From Podospora anserina (taxonomy: Eukaryota): a stretch of 64,000 nt of DNA. The notes under the pieces are model-generated. The model did not search any database, was not told the origin of the DNA, and saw nothing but the letters and a program-made list of their open reading frames with translations. Both the position numbers and the translations under genes were made by a program. The stretch's first letter is position 1; every line of letters begins with the position of its first letter. Below are positions 24,865-39,941 of this stretch, piece by piece. The stretch covers positions 5,146,001 through 5,210,000 of the forward strand of contig CM030333.1 of assembly GCA_017654855.1 (NCBI GenBank), read 5' to 3'.

Positions 24865-26277
24865 ATGGCAACAATGCCCAAATCAGTCATCATTGTGAGC
24901 ACATTGACTTACCAAAACTCCCAGTTCATACATCTGAGCAGCCATATCTAACGTCCAGCCCAGGTTGGCGGCTCCATCGCTGGTCTCCTCCATGGCATCT
25001 ATCTCAAACGTCATGGCGCCAACGTGATCATCTTGGAACAAGATCCCAACCCCAGGCGCAGTAGCCACAATGCCGGCATCTGTTTTGGTCCCTCGGTTCA
25101 GGAATTTCTTCGCTTATACAATGATACGGGTATTCAGGCTTGCCAACCAGCTGTCGTTACCAGATTAGCATACCGTCAGAACCTGTATTGGAGAGACACC
25201 GGTATCGTCAGACACCTCACCAGCTGGGGTGTGTTGTATCGGATCTTGCGAGCCAACTTTGACGGATTGGCGTCTGACGCTGTAACCATCCCGCCTCCAG
25301 CCAGGGCCGGAGATGGCCAATGCAGCTATCTCCCTGGTCAGAGGGTGACGAGCGTGCAGAAGACATCAGATGGTGTGGTTGTTGGGTATCTGGGCGAGGA
25401 TGGAAAAGAGAGATGTTCGGTGGCTGATCTGGTTATCGGGGCTGATGGCCTACATTCGACCGTCAGGGGCTTATTGAATGCCCCTGTGGTGAAGGAGTAC
25501 TCCGGATATGTCTCCTGGAGAGGAACCGTCTGCGAAGCCAAAGTGTCACCTGAAACGGCCAGGTATTTTCAAGATCGGACAGTGCTCAGTTTGCTGAAGA
25601 GGACCTACATTGTATGGTAAGTCCGCCAGTCTGTGTTGACATCAGTTTCATGCTAGAAGATCTAGGCGCTGATGTTGTTACTATATAGCTACATAATCCC
25701 GCCCGATTCCGGATCCTTTGCCCCTGGCACCAGGCTGATAAACTGGGTCTGGTATTGTAACCTTTCTGAGACCCCTGAGACCAACTTTGCGGAACTTTTA
25801 ACGGACACCAATGGACACCTCCACGCCAATACCGTTCCTTCCGGACTCGTACGGGCTGAGATTTGGAAGTCTCATCTGGCTCACATGCTTCCCTTGATAC
25901 CAGGCCCCTTTGCAGAACTCTTTACCCAAACAGAGCAACCATTTATTACCAAGGTGAATGACGCTCTGTGTTCGAAAGCAACATTCTTCGACGGGCGGGT
26001 CTTGCTGGTGGGCGATGCACTGGCTACCTTCCGGCCTCACTTTGCCCTTGCAACAGAGCAAGCCGCCAGACATTGTTTAGGTCTTGCAAGAGTGTGGAAG
26101 GGGGAGATCTCATTGCAGCTGTGGGAAAGGGAGGCTGTTGATCATGCTATAAAAATCTGGTTAGGAAGCCGAGTGATGGGGGCAGGACTCTTGCGGGGAT
26201 GGGTTGAGTTTTTGTTACTGGCTTGGAAGTACGTGGTTTTTTTTGCAAGATCAAAACTAGGCTGGAATAGAGTGTGA
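24865..26277 (+). CDS. FAD-dependent monooxygenase (2,6-dihydroxypyridine hydroxylase-like); introns 24895-24963 and 25617-25688
   Basis: SVII|VGGSIAGL, ADLVIGADGLHSTVR, YSGYVSWRGTV, INWVWY and LLVGDALATFRPH. Confidence 0.9.
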
Positions 26278-26789
26278 AGGTTGATCACCTTGTCTCTCGA
26301 CAGATATCATGGTAGGTATTACTGTAAACATCAACCTTGAGGTGGAGGGGCTCTCCACACGTGCAGATGTCACCGGCACTTGGAGCAGGGATGACCCCGC
26401 ATGACCACCTGGTTCTCCCACAACTGCTATCGATAAGCCACTGGAAGGCGGGGATCTGTGTCAGGTGGCTCCGTTTGGGTACCAAGGATGTGCACGAGGG
26501 AGATGACTCGTCCAGGGCATAGAAATGGGATGAATGGCAAACAAGGTGGTGATTTTAAAAAGACGCTGCTATTCTTTGCTCATTCTTTACAGTCTTGCAA
26601 GACAAACTACCGAACTGCCGTCTTATTGTTCGTAGTGTAACGTACGCTAAATGTGGTGATATTGTTGACCACTATCACCATATCACCTAGTATCATCGGA
26701 CTTTGCTCCCGTGCTGTTTTCTCTTACAATTCTCGACCCTTCAAACTTCTCTACATTTGTGGTTCATACAAATTCGAAACAAAATCACC

Positions 26790-27539
26790 ATGTTTGGGGA
26801 GCTCATCGCTCTCAACCGATCATCCCCTTCACCGCCCCAACCAAACTCCTCCAACCCCAAGTTCCCACGCTACCTTCTGCCTTCCTTGGCCTTTACCCTC
26901 CGTCGACGAAAACCTTCCTCTCCCACAGAGTATCTAACATTGCCAGACAATCGTTCATCCAAGCCAAAGAATAGGCTTGGTCGGACTTCTCCCTCCCTCA
27001 TTCGCTGCCTGTCTTGCCGCTCCCATCTTGCTTTTCACTCTCAGATCGTATCCAAAGGCTTCCATGGACGCCACGGCAAAGCTGTTCTCGTTGCCCCGAC
27101 CTGCCCCTCCTTTCACGATGGCAGGAGCCCAGAACAGAGCTTCTCTTCGCCCAATCTGGGTTTGAACAACATCCGGCTGGGACCCACGGAAAAAAGGCAA
27201 CTGGCCACTGGTCCTCACGAAGTTGCCGATATCTTTTGCGCCATATGCGAGACAAAGTTGGGATGGAAGTACGTCAAGGCGGATGAACCGTCTCAAAAGT
27301 ACAAGGTTGGAAAGTTCATACTGGAGGTTGTGCGAGTGGTTGTGGAACAGGGACTAGAGTTTGAACCGCTGGAAAGGGTCAGTAGTGGAGATAGGTCCGG
27401 GACCGAGGGTGTGGCAGGTGTCCTATTTGACTCGGACGACGAGGATGAGTGTGAGGAGCTGTTCAACGGCGTGTGGAACGCCGAGGATGTTGCGGCAAGG
27501 CGAAGGGTGGATGTAGGGCTGGAAAGAGGACACGAGTGA
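26790..27539 (+). CDS. Yippee/Mis18-family zinc-binding protein
   Basis: CLSC..QIVSKGFHGRHGKA..RQLATGPHEVADIFCAIC..LGWKY..QKYKVGKFILE; ATG at 26790. Confidence 0.9.
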   Translation: MFGELIALNRSSPSPPQPNSSNPKFPRYLLPSLAFTLRRRKPSSPTEYLTLPDNRSSKPKNRLGRTSPSLIRCLSCRSHLAFHSQIVSKGFHGRHGKAVLVAPTCPSFHDGRSPEQSFSSPNLGLNNIRLGPTEKRQLATGPHEVADIFCAICETKLGWKYVKADEPSQKYKVGKFILEVVRVVVEQGLEFEPLERVSSGDRSGTEGVAGVLFDSDDEDECEELFNGVWNAEDVAARRRVDVGLERGHE

Positions 27540-27769
27540 ACGTGAAGTTCTCTTGGCCAGATGAGCTGCTTATGGCCTACAGGTAGACCCAAGGGCGCGG
27601 CACTTTTCTTCTTCTTTGGGATGATACCCTTTCTACATATATTGGATCAGATAGCAACAGCAATACTCAGATTGATGGCGCATCCGGGGGATATAGAGGA
27701 AAACCAGGTCAGAGAATAGAATGATATTGGCAGAGATTTTATTGAAAAGTTGAATGACACACCAAGAAC

Positions 27770-29425
27770 CTAGTTTTGAGGCTCCTCGGCAACATAGTGC
27801 AGGTATGCGCCCAGAAGCTTGATGCCCTCAATATAGTTCCGCTTGTCGAGCTTCTCGTTGATGGAATGGGCACCATCCGTCGAGCTACCCATTGGCAAAA
27901 GAAGCACATTCTTGCCAGTAGCCTGCTCAAAAGTGAGCGTCACCGGAATAGAGCCGCCCTCGCGAGTGAAATCGGGCTGAACGCCCCACACCCGCTCGGT
28001 AGCTTTGGCAGCAGCCGAAAAGTTCCAGTGCTTGGGGCTGGCCACCCACCAGTTGCCGCAGTGCTGGGGATACACCTTCATTGTGTTCTTGGAACCAAGC
28101 TTCTTGAAGACATCCTCGACGTACTTGGCCACACACTCGTTGGTCTTCTCGATCTCCATGTTGGGCACCGTGCGGATGGAGAACTTGCCAATGACCTTGG
28201 CGGGAATGACCGTCTTGGCACCAGGAGCAGAGAAGGCACCCTCGACACCGTGGATAGAGAGCGAAGGGTTGCGCCAGCGGGCCATGAGCGTCTTCTTTTT
28301 GTCATCGAAAATGGTCGTCTTGCTACCCAGAGACTCATAGAGGGTCTCCATGGTGAACGAGATGCCATCGTAGAGACCGTCCTCCTCGGCAGTAAGGGGG
28401 GCAACTTGCTCAGCAATGCCAGGAATCTGAATCTTGCCATCCGTGTCCACGAGCGAGCCCAGGATACGCACCAAGTCGGTCATGGGCTCCTGGGCTGTGC
28501 CACCAAAGACACCGCTGTGAAGATCAGCGCCGGGTCCGGAGACTTCAACACTGTAGTAGTTGCACCCACGAAGGCCGTATGTGAGGCAAGGGCGCTCGGT
28601 TCCGAGCCAGTAGTTGTCGCTGATGCAGACGGCGTCGGCATCGGCAAAGTACTTCTTGGCCTCGGCGTTGATCAGATCGTCCAAACCGTCGGAACCATAC
28701 TCCTCCATACCCTCGAAGCACATAAGAAGGTTGACGGGGAACTCGATGCCGGCGGCCTTGTGAGCCTCGATAGCGTTCAGCCAGCCAAGCACAGGGCCCT
28801 TGTCGTCCGTTGAGCCACGCCCCAGCATGCGGCCATCCTCCTTGACAGTCAGCTCAAAGGGCTCCGTCTCCCAGCCATCCTCCTTCTCGGCCGGCTGGAC
28901 GTCATAATGGCCATAGACCAAAATGGTGCGCTTGTTCTTGTCACTTCCGTAGCGGGCGAGGACGACGGGGGGAAGGTCGAGGTCGGTTCCCTGCTGCTTG
29001 CCCAGAGGACGAAGCTCGGCCTGGGCACCAAGCTTGTTCAGCTCATCGGCGAGCCAGTGGCCCATGCGGACGACATCGGGACGACGGGCGGCTTCGGACG
29101 AGATGGAAGGAATGGCAATGGCCTGACGGAGACGCTCGATGAAGGCATCGGACATGTCGTCGACCTGCTTGAAGTAGCCATCGAGTTGGGGTGCCATTTT
29201 TCTTGCTTGGAGGTTGCGGATAGCTTCGGTTAGATACGGTCGGGAGCTCTGCAGCTGAGATCTGGCAGAGGTGGTGTTGGGGAGAAATGGGCGGGTGGTA
29301 AAGCTGCGGGAGGTGGGAGAGGTGATGGAAAGTCGAAATGGCCTCGCCAGCAAACGATAACGAGGGGCGCTTGAGGAGAGCAAGCTGACTGGTAGAGAGA
29401 GGGGAGAGAGGGGTGTGCGGGGCAT
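27770..29425 (-). CDS. DUG1: Cys-Gly metallodipeptidase (M20A, CNDP2/Dug1); conserved core starts at ATG 29197
   Basis: YGHYDVQPA, GRGSTDDKGPV, EGMEEYGS, DLHSGVFGG, REGGSIP and DGAHSINEK. Confidence 0.95.
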   Translation of the reverse strand: MPRTPLSPLSLPVSLLSSSAPRYRLLARPFRLSITSPTSRSFTTRPFLPNTTSARSQLQSSRPYLTEAIRNLQARKMAPQLDGYFKQVDDMSDAFIERLRQAIAIPSISSEAARRPDVVRMGHWLADELNKLGAQAELRPLGKQQGTDLDLPPVVLARYGSDKNKRTILVYGHYDVQPAEKEDGWETEPFELTVKEDGRMLGRGSTDDKGPVLGWLNAIEAHKAAGIEFPVNLLMCFEGMEEYGSDGLDDLINAEAKKYFADADAVCISDNYWLGTERPCLTYGLRGCNYYSVEVSGPGADLHSGVFGGTAQEPMTDLVRILGSLVDTDGKIQIPGIAEQVAPLTAEEDGLYDGISFTMETLYESLGSKTTIFDDKKKTLMARWRNPSLSIHGVEGAFSAPGAKTVIPAKVIGKFSIRTVPNMEIEKTNECVAKYVEDVFKKLGSKNTMKVYPQHCGNWWVASPKHWNFSAAAKATERVWGVQPDFTREGGSIPVTLTFEQATGKNVLLLPMGSSTDGAHSINEKLDKRNYIEGIKLLGAYLHYVAEEPQN

Positions 29426-30582
29426 GGCGGATGAGCAGAAGGTGTTGAACCGCTCTAGTTTGGGCCGGCACCGTCAGCTTCCATCAAGCTTCGAAAAGCC
29501 CCGCACCCCACAACAAGCCAATCCCCTGCGCTAAACTGTTTGTGGAAGTTAACAAATCCGCTTGATCCTCGCCCCGGGCTCACACGACTTGGAGGCATTT
29601 ATTTGTGCAGCAAAACCTTGCAAGACACATCCAAATATCTCGATGTCATCTTAAGGTTTGAGGTGATGCATGCGATAGGTTACCCCAAGGTTTATGGGCG
29701 GTATCCCATCACTTGGTGACCATCTCAGGCACCAAAGCTCAGGTTCCACCCCAAAGTTGAACGATGATCTGAGGAGTCGCAGCACAGAAAACACGGGAAT
29801 TCGATTTCTGACTCCCCATGTTGCCGGTGGCAGAAACACCATGCCTTACCTACGCAATAAAGATGTCGAATATCATTTTAGTTTCGAGAAGACAAAAAGG
29901 CTGTCACATCATGTGTAGAAGGCCTTAGGCCGCAAGTTCAATGATACCTGTCCATCCTACTTGCGTGAAAAGCTACCAAACAGTTCGACTTATCGCTTGA
30001 AATTTTGCTTTATATGAGCCGCGAGAGAATTATCTTTATGCTTTGAGGCATTGAAGCAAACAGCTGGCAATTACGTTTCTGTCCATCTTCAGTGCAGATG
30101 GAAGTTGGCATGTGGTGGTCCACTTGAAGTTCAAGTGGGGCCGTTACCCCCTTTCCATAACCCCTATCATTGCCATAGCAACGTGTATTGTGTCGCCAAA
30201 CCGTGTTTGGCTCAACCTTTGTCGTTGAATGCATTACCTGGAAATTTCCTGGTCACAGAGCATGAAACAAATATTTGCAACATCGTCAATTCATCCCGTT
30301 CCTTTTGCGAGACGATGGTTGGCCGATCCACCGCCCCAGAAACCGAGCTACTTTGTACTATGTAAAAGAAATAAGAAGAGAAATAGCAAACAAGTAAACA
30401 CACTCCTCCTTATATACAAAAAGCTTTGGGAGTGCCAGTTATCACTGGTTTGTCTAGAATTTCCCGACTCACCCATCTGTGTATCATCCCTCATCCCTCA
30501 TCCAAGTCTTTCCCGGGTAAGTCTCCTCCAGTCCCGATCTAAAAACAGACCGCCAATCTTCCTATCCAGAAGTGGAAACGAT

Positions 30583-31947
<1,365 letters not shown>

Positions 31948-34900
31948 TTTGTCAGAGTTGGACCGGGTAGGACTGGAGAGGTGAGATGATGATGTTGAGG
32001 ATGAGGGTGAGAAGAAAAGAAGACCATCATGAAGGGGAGGGTGTGGTCATATTTATGGTTATTGGGGCCCATTAGATCCAGGAAAACGCCATCTTTGCCA
32101 TGTTGACGGGAGACAGACGACCTTCCGGTTTCGTTTACCAGCACGTCATGCTGGGTAGGTAGGCCAAGGGTCAACGTGGGGAGCCAGGGAGGCGCTCAAG
32201 GTTCGCATACACAGAACTGCTGGGTGGTTGACATCGCGGCGGAGAATGAACGACAGCAGTGGGAGGCAGCAGTGAGAGTGGCCACACCATCCAGCAGCGA
32301 GCAGCTCGCGGCTGTGAACAAAGCTCTCAGCAGGGGGAAGGATGAGGGACAAATAATACACCTTCCCACTTTGGTTTGCTCAGCCGTCCATGGCTACGCC
32401 CAACTACGCCCCGCAAAAGAGAGCGGGTGCTCCCGTGGTGTAAGGAGCCAGGTAGCTTGAATCTACCTGTCTATTCGGGGGCAAGCCGGTAGCTTGCCCA
32501 TCGGCGCCAAGTGTGGTTAAGCCCTCAGACGTCGACTACCTTACGGATCGGGTTTAACTCACCAAAGTGCCGATCTTGCTGTATGTAACTGGGGGCAAAA
32601 GGTACCGGTGCCCAACGTCTCGACGAGGAGTCCCTGCAAGTGAGCCTGGGCGTCTATGTAACCGGCTTCGAGAAGCGCTGGGCACAACGGTGGCAGCTTA
32701 ACACAACCACTGATATGATGCGAGGGGATAGCATGGTACCAGGACTGGACTCAAGACTTGCCGGCCATCTTCTTGACCAACCCTATCGATATTAACTAAG
32801 ACAACTTCGACATGGCACGAGCACAGTCGTTTCGGAAGTTTGTCTTGGTAGCTCACATGTTCCTCGATATCTCCAGATAGGCCGTTGCACTGCATTCACC
32901 ACAGAGCATGTGGTAGGATTGTGGCGATCACCTTATCTCTCGATGCCACTGTGGGATGGTTGAGGACGTCTCTAGACCTTCTAGAAGTTGTTCACAGTGG
33001 ACAGGCCTGGCTGGTGGCGTTCGTTAGTTTGAATTCAGGTCTGACTTCAAGGCTGATTCACAGCTGGTCTCCCCACGCTTGAACCTTTGGACGAGATACC
33101 GTGCTAATCGTGGTGATTGTGCCAACAGATTCGATGACAAACTGAAGGGATCCCAAATCTCCAGAGACGATTCGGGAGGTTTGGGGGAGTTGGTCATGCA
33201 GACCATATCTCGATGTAACCTTGTCAAGGGTGTCCGCTATGGCGCGATCGCATTGGTCCATCAACCTGCAACAGACCAAGCTTGACGAGTCCTGATCCGT
33301 GCAGACGAGCGGCAAGGAAGCCGACGTCCTCGGGAGTGGCGGCGATGAAAGTGGGGTGTCTGGGGAAAGGTGAAGGGGACTTGCCAGAGACTGCCATCTA
33401 CCGATAGGTCCGTGTTCGCGTGCGCGGTGACCGATGTTTTGTCGCACGAGCTGGGCAGGTGGTATTGAAGAACTGAGGTCATTGCTGACTAGTCAACTCT
33501 CAAAACATTGTTTTTGGTCAGTTGAGGACCCTCTGGGGCTCCGAGGTAGTTTTGCTTAGCTATCGAGGGTTGCTTGGTGTCTTGGGCCGTCCCAATCGCT
33601 AGGTTCTGTCATCCCAAGTCCCGACTCCCGGGTGTTTTGGGTAAATTGACTCTTCTTTGTTGCGACGCCGACTTGTTGGTCGAGACCAAGTCGGGCACTT
33701 GAATTCGCTTTTTACCTCTTGGGTGTTCCTGCAGCTGCCAGCGGCAGAGTGCAAGAAGCAACGAGAATCAACCCCCCACGGGACCATATGCAGCCACACA
33801 TCCACGATATCTCATCAGACAGACAGCGAAGATGAAGTGAGGTGGTTGGAGGGTTGGAGGGGTAAGGGGCAGAGGACGAAGAGGGGGAGAGTGTGGGGTG
33901 GTGGATAACTTGGCGGCCGGTGAACATGTGCTTACCCACTCTCACTCCGCTAGCAATCGCCCATGACACCATAGCAGCCGACATGGATCATTGCCGGCCC
34001 TTATCGTGCTCGCCTTCCATATCGGGTAATTGCCAAGTTCCGTCCACCTGTGCCCTGTTCTCAGTTAGTCTGTCGTCCGAATGTAACTGGCCTCGCTGGC
34101 TTACAATTTCCGAGGCATGATGAGGGGATGCCATCAAGGTGTCTCGAGTGACTGTTGGCTAGCAGTGATCTGCATTTGCGCCTTCCAGCAGCTCTTGTTT
34201 AACTTCCGCATTCAGGACCGCTAGCCGATGTTGTGATACCTCCGACCTGACACTACACGCATTACGGACATAACAGGTAAGACTGCGGGATTACCATAGG
34301 TACCCAGCATGTCGATGGGGTGGCTTTCGATAGTTAACCAGCCGCAGACTGGGGCAACGTGCAGGTTACACACACCATTGGTCTCGACTCAAGCCACTTC
34401 CCCTGAATGTCATCCTACAGCCATCTCCCCACGACCTAGAACCCTCTACATCAGCTTCCTATTGCAGCTGCCGATAGAATCATCTTCACGAGCTATCGAT
34501 CGAATTACCTACCTTGTAGGTTCTATTTTTGAAGTGCTTGGTGGGGACATGAATATCGCTGATCACCTTTGAAGATGTTGATTACAAGGGTATTGGTAGG
34601 TAGGTACCTTGCAGGTTACCGCCGACCACCATTTGATATCACCTGTAGGTAGCTATGTATGTCTTGGGAAACCCTTTCGTCATAAAGTCTATCAACCCAA
34701 GACACGATATACCTCAACTCCTGCATGCCTCTCCCGACCAGTATACCACAGTGGCATTGGCTTCCCCACCATGGGACAAAGTCTTTGCGGCTGCTCATAT
34801 CGGTAAGGCTGGCTGCATGTTCCCATTATAGGCCCCGTTCTGCCAAGTATGATGGCATAACACGCAGTGTATCTGTGTCGGTTGCGGGGGCAAAACCTCA

Positions 34901-37251
34901 ATGTAGAAGCTAGCAATGTGATGAGAGGATAACGAGGGGTGATTCCATCGTCCAGACCTTGATGACTCCCCGCGGCACCTCAGGGATCGATGATAGGACT
35001 GTTGTAGTCACCAAAGGTGGGGTTACTACAATGCATAGCTTGGTATTGAGCAATCATGTCCATTGCCTCTTGCTGGTCTTTGACCTGCCAAACTTGAATC
35101 GCAAAGCCTGGGTACGTGGAGTATGCCCAATGCACGAAAAACGCGCAAAATGCCCAGGTATGTGTTAAGCTAGGTTTCGGTACAATGATTAACCAGACTG
35201 AGACACAAGGGCCTTGACCAAGGATTGACAGTGTCAAGTAGCAGTCAGACTACTGCACCAAACCATGAAGAAAAATGAGCAATGCATGCCGCCATTGCTT
35301 TGACCGATGGTGTATAAAGGTACCTTACCCTATGGAGTGGCACTCCACCAGTCTCTTCACGGACAGAATCGATATTCGTCTTCCCATGAGCCGGAGCATT
35401 GGTCATGCAGTAGTCATTTTCCCAGCTCCTAACTACATGGACGGGAAGAATTCCACTTCCACTTAAAGAATGAACATATGCAGAAAATAAAAATCGAGAA
35501 GGGCATATCTTGAGAGATTTACTGGCCAACTGATGATTCATTGTCTCGGTGGGTGCTCTTGAACCGTTCACTCCAGCCAGCTACTCATTTGGAGCCAATA
35601 GCCCCAGCGGATCCAAGACACCTACACAACCAGGTCTTCTAGATCAATTGTCATCTATGCCCTTAAAGCTACGCTTTCATTGCATCTTCTAACTTCGGTA
35701 GCATGAGCTTTTGTTTCTGAGTCTATTCACTTTCTTTCCGATAGATGAGCTCAGATCTCCTAACCCTAGTCAGCAACTGGCGGCAGGAAGGAGGATGTTT
35801 ACGTTACTTAGTTATGCCTAGGAGAAGACATTCGAGAAAAGACTTGGTAATATCGTATTAAGGTGAGTCGTCTATTTCTGTTTCCATTACAACGATGATG
35901 GCTATCGTGCTGTTGGAAGAAACAAAATGCAAGGGAACTTTTGACCCGCTTAGCATACATGCATAGTGTTCGCCTACCTACCTTACTTACTATCACCAAT
36001 CCAATGATGGCGGCTTCTATTCTTTACATAGGTGCCTGTTTCTACAAAGGGTATCGTGGGGATTACCTATGTCACTAGGCGTGTTTAGGCCTTTCGAAGA
36101 CCTTTCTATGTGAGTAATCTGCCCTAGTTATTTAGATTTGGTGAGTTCTTGACGGGAACCGTCACAATGGATAGGTACCTTCCCAACCTAGAACACCGTA
36201 GATGTCTGTCTTGGTTTGAATTACGGTTTCAATTTTAAACTCTGCAGCGCATATAGTTCAACATTAATATGTGCTGAGTTCTTGAACCCAGACGGTTGAT
36301 TTGGGGCATGAAATTATAACTGCCTATATCTAGACTCAAACAGCACCTAATCCACCAACTGGTTCCACTAAGCTTACTAAATCCCTCCTTCTACCTTCAC
36401 TCATGTGTTATTATAATTCAAGCCTTGCCTTTCTGTGCTTTTTAACGTGTCTTAGAGTCAGGTTTCTAGATCCACAAATTGCTTGAAGCATCATACGAAA
36501 GAAGACGGTCTTATTCGACGGGATAAACCAGTCTGTACGCTCGTGAGGAGCTTGGAACCGGCAAGACCCACCCTTATAAACCCAAGGACTTATAGGATAT
36601 AAAACAATATACTTAAATTGTCAGCTCGGGTGTTAAGTTGAGCAGAGTACCTGTCTACTTGTGCAGGAGAGGATACCGCCATGTCTTTAAATGCCTTCTT
36701 TTGTCTAGATACGAGAAGTTGCAAAAGGGTTCCACGTACCTAGCTACCCCAGAGAAAATCAGATTCATCGTCCAGAACGACTAAACCTACCATCACGTAG
36801 GTAAGGCTATTCATACCTCATCTTTTTGATGGCTAGGTACCTGGTTAGTAGATAAGATAAGGATTTTCACATTGGTTCGAGAACCTTGCCGCCCTGAATC
36901 TGACAGCTTGGCACCATCACATTGCAGCCAACAGGAAATGTCTCCGCCAATCGTAGGGCGCAGAACTCTGACCGTCGTGCATTTTCAAATCTGTTCCAAT
37001 CAGGCGGGACAGTGGCGGTTGCACCCATGTCTACGGTTTTTTCCTTGCCGCTCATTTTTGCACCACGAATCACCACACCCTCGCGCGAAGAAAGCGTGCC
37101 CAGAGTACCTAGCAGCTACGTCGACACCTAGCACTATCATGGAAAGTGCTCGTGGTTCGTAGCAAGAACATAATTGTCTTGTGTTGCAAGTATCTGTCAT
37201 GATTATCGAGGGCATATGTGCGTACATCCTGTACCTAGGTAGGTATGATAG

Positions 37252-39941
37252 ATGCTCATCAACCCCAGTCGCCTCTTGTGTGGCACAGAGAACTGGATTG
37301 GGCACAAACCATTTTGCAGTGCCAGCACGTGGGGTTTCCTTGGCCATGTCTGTCAGCCCCCAGTTGAGATATTCCCCGCAGTTCCACAAGTTAACCGTAA
37401 CCGCGTGGGACTGTCCGCAAGCAACCTTCTTGAAGCCCACAGTTCTCGGTTATCCCCAGGTGTTTGGATGTCAATATTTACGGCATCGCGTCAGGGACAA
37501 ACACCTAAGGGAACAATGTTTCGTCAGGAATTCGAAACGGGATCACGGCAACATGATCTGCAGAGAACCACACCGACTCCTGCAAAAGCCGGCTCTCGAG
37601 AGCTGACATCCGGAGCATGCATTCCCCCGGAAGAAGGGTCTGACGCTATTTTTGAGAAGTCATCTCGACACGAATGGCCCTCAAATCGTACCCTGCAACA
37701 TCAATATGATGAGCTTGCCACACCCAGTTCCACAATTGCCGAGTTTGGAGATAAAGCTGCCAGATTCATCGTTCCCTCAGCCACTGTTCTAGTCGATCAT
37801 GTTCACCGATCCTGGAACGATTCGCGGGATGGATCCCGTTCTGCCAGTATCAGCAAATCGCGCTCCAGGAGCTCTTCAAACCGTCATCCCCATGAGCGAA
37901 GACGTGGGCGCGGTGAGAGACGGGAAGGTAGCCGAGATAGAAGCATTGCATCTGTTTTGTCCCTCGCTGAAGAAGAACAATCGCAAACCAGCACGCAGAA
38001 GCAGCATCGTCATGCTAGGAGTCAGGTGCCAAAGAGTACGTCGGTGGAAGCAATGCGCACCGACGAGAAAGTCGACCGGTTTCTCAAATCTATGCGGCCG
38101 CACCAGTCCCCAAGCCCTCCTCAGGCTTCTCAACTTGGAAAACCTCCAGGATTCGAAAAGCCGAGCGGGATCGACAGCCTCAGTGATCTAACAGCTGAGA
38201 ACAAGAGTCTTTATCAGCGCGTTGCAGCACTTCAGCTCACCGAAAGGGAGCTGTTGGCGGAAAACCAAAACCTGATACGACAGGTGGCCACTTTGAATCA
38301 TCAGCTTGCTGCGGCAGTGGAAGAGCTAGAGGCATCAAAGCAACAACAGGGTATTCACAATCAACACTGGCACAGATTGTTCGCAGAGAAGGAGGATCAG
38401 TATCAAAGTCGGATCCATGAATTAGGCACTCAACTTGTCGAGCTTTCGAGCACCCACCCAAACCCCAAAAAGTCCAGACCGTTGGCTTCAAATGATGAGA
38501 TAGCAACTTGGTTCACTGATCAAGACGCTGCATGGAGAGCGTGGGCTAGGGTATATGGGCACCGGGATCCCAGTAGATTGGTGGACGGGCTACATCCAGC
38601 ACAGTTACAAGAGATATGTGCCGAGGTTAGGGGTTTTGTGCAGCTTACGAATCTGGAAAGGCTGCCGGTTGCCATCTTGCATGGAGGAAAAGAAGCTGCC
38701 CATACGCTTTTGCAGGCCATGTTGGCCAATTTCTTTTGCGACGAAGTTTTGGAAAGCCCTTATTGGGTATTCACGGCAACCTCTTTGGGTACCTTGGAGA
38801 GCCCTAGTGCCAGCTTACCTCCACATGCTCTGGGCTCTGTGAGCGAAGGGTTGAAAGTGAACATGGATGCATTTGGCAGCGGAGGCAACAACGTTGCCGG
38901 TGTTCGGGAAAGTGTTAGGGGCTCTGGCTATGGCTCCGGCTACCAGGTGCCCAAGAGCCCAAAGTATCCACCGCCGTTGATTATGTCCATGACACATTCC
39001 TTGGGGGCAGGATGTGCATCCATGCTAGGGTTGCCCCTGAAGGGTGACATGGAGAGGCTGCAATTCATGCTGGAAGATTGTACGTTGACTGCTTCATCTA
39101 CCTACCTTACCCGTCATTCCCTGCTGACCTCAGGACCTACACAGCCCAAGATCCTTCGCCCTACTCTCAACAAGCGCATTGGCGAGCTCACATGATGCGG
39201 TTATTTGCGACAGGGGGCATGGCTTTGAGCCCTTCTTCCTCATCTTCGACATGCTCAGCATCCTCCTCCCGACAAGCGCTCATTGATTCACGGCTGAATT
39301 ACGCTCGAAAGCTCCGTGACAGATTTTTGGGAGGTGCAGCTCGCTTTTTGCTCCATGACCAGGATGCTTTGGGAATTGAACGGCTTGAAAGGGTATTGAC
39401 TGAAATGATTGACGATGCATTACGATTCTCATGCAAACTCTGGAGTCGGCCTGGAGGAATTCGTTTGAAGAGGTGGAAAGATCTACCCGAGTTCAAAAAC
39501 GGGTATAAAAACGGCATGAAATCCGTCAAGATCTGCCAGGCTCAGGATAAGAGCTATACTGTGCTGAGGCAAACAATGGCCGACCCCGGGAAAGACGAGG
39601 AGAAGGAGGACGAGAACGAAGGGAGACCAGTCATCATGGTTGTCCAGCCAGCTGTAGAGGCCGTTATTGACACCGGTCATAGCGAAGCACCATCTCTGGT
39701 CTGGCTCAAGGCAAGGGTGATGGTTGCTGCACCAGTTGAGGAGCCCGTCCCTGGCAGCGGTGCTAGTGACGCAGGGTTTGCACCCTCGCCGGTAACTGCG
39801 AGAGGCGAAGCATTCTTTCCACCAAGCAGATCTGCCGGAGAAGCCGACAGACCCTCACATGCGTTCAAGAGTAGCAAGTCAAGCGAGATATTGTCTGCTG
39901 TTTCATATGTTGGACATCCGGTCGGGGAGAAGAAAGTGTAA
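37252..39941 (+). CDS. Hypothetical coiled-coil protein; intron 39080-39144; true start uncertain (possibly later, e.g. 37517)
   Basis: 647-codon ORF spliced to a second long ORF by gtacgt..gctgac..cag; heptad-rich LTAENKSLYQRVAALQLTERELLAENQNL. Confidence 0.75.

Noticed and set aside
27776-28813. 345-aa plus-strand ORF opposite DUG1
   Set aside because: Antisense shadow of a highly biased gene
32503-32570. tRNA-like look (tggttaag and gggtttaactc)
   Set aside because: Acceptor and T stems do not pair adequately; no cloverleaf
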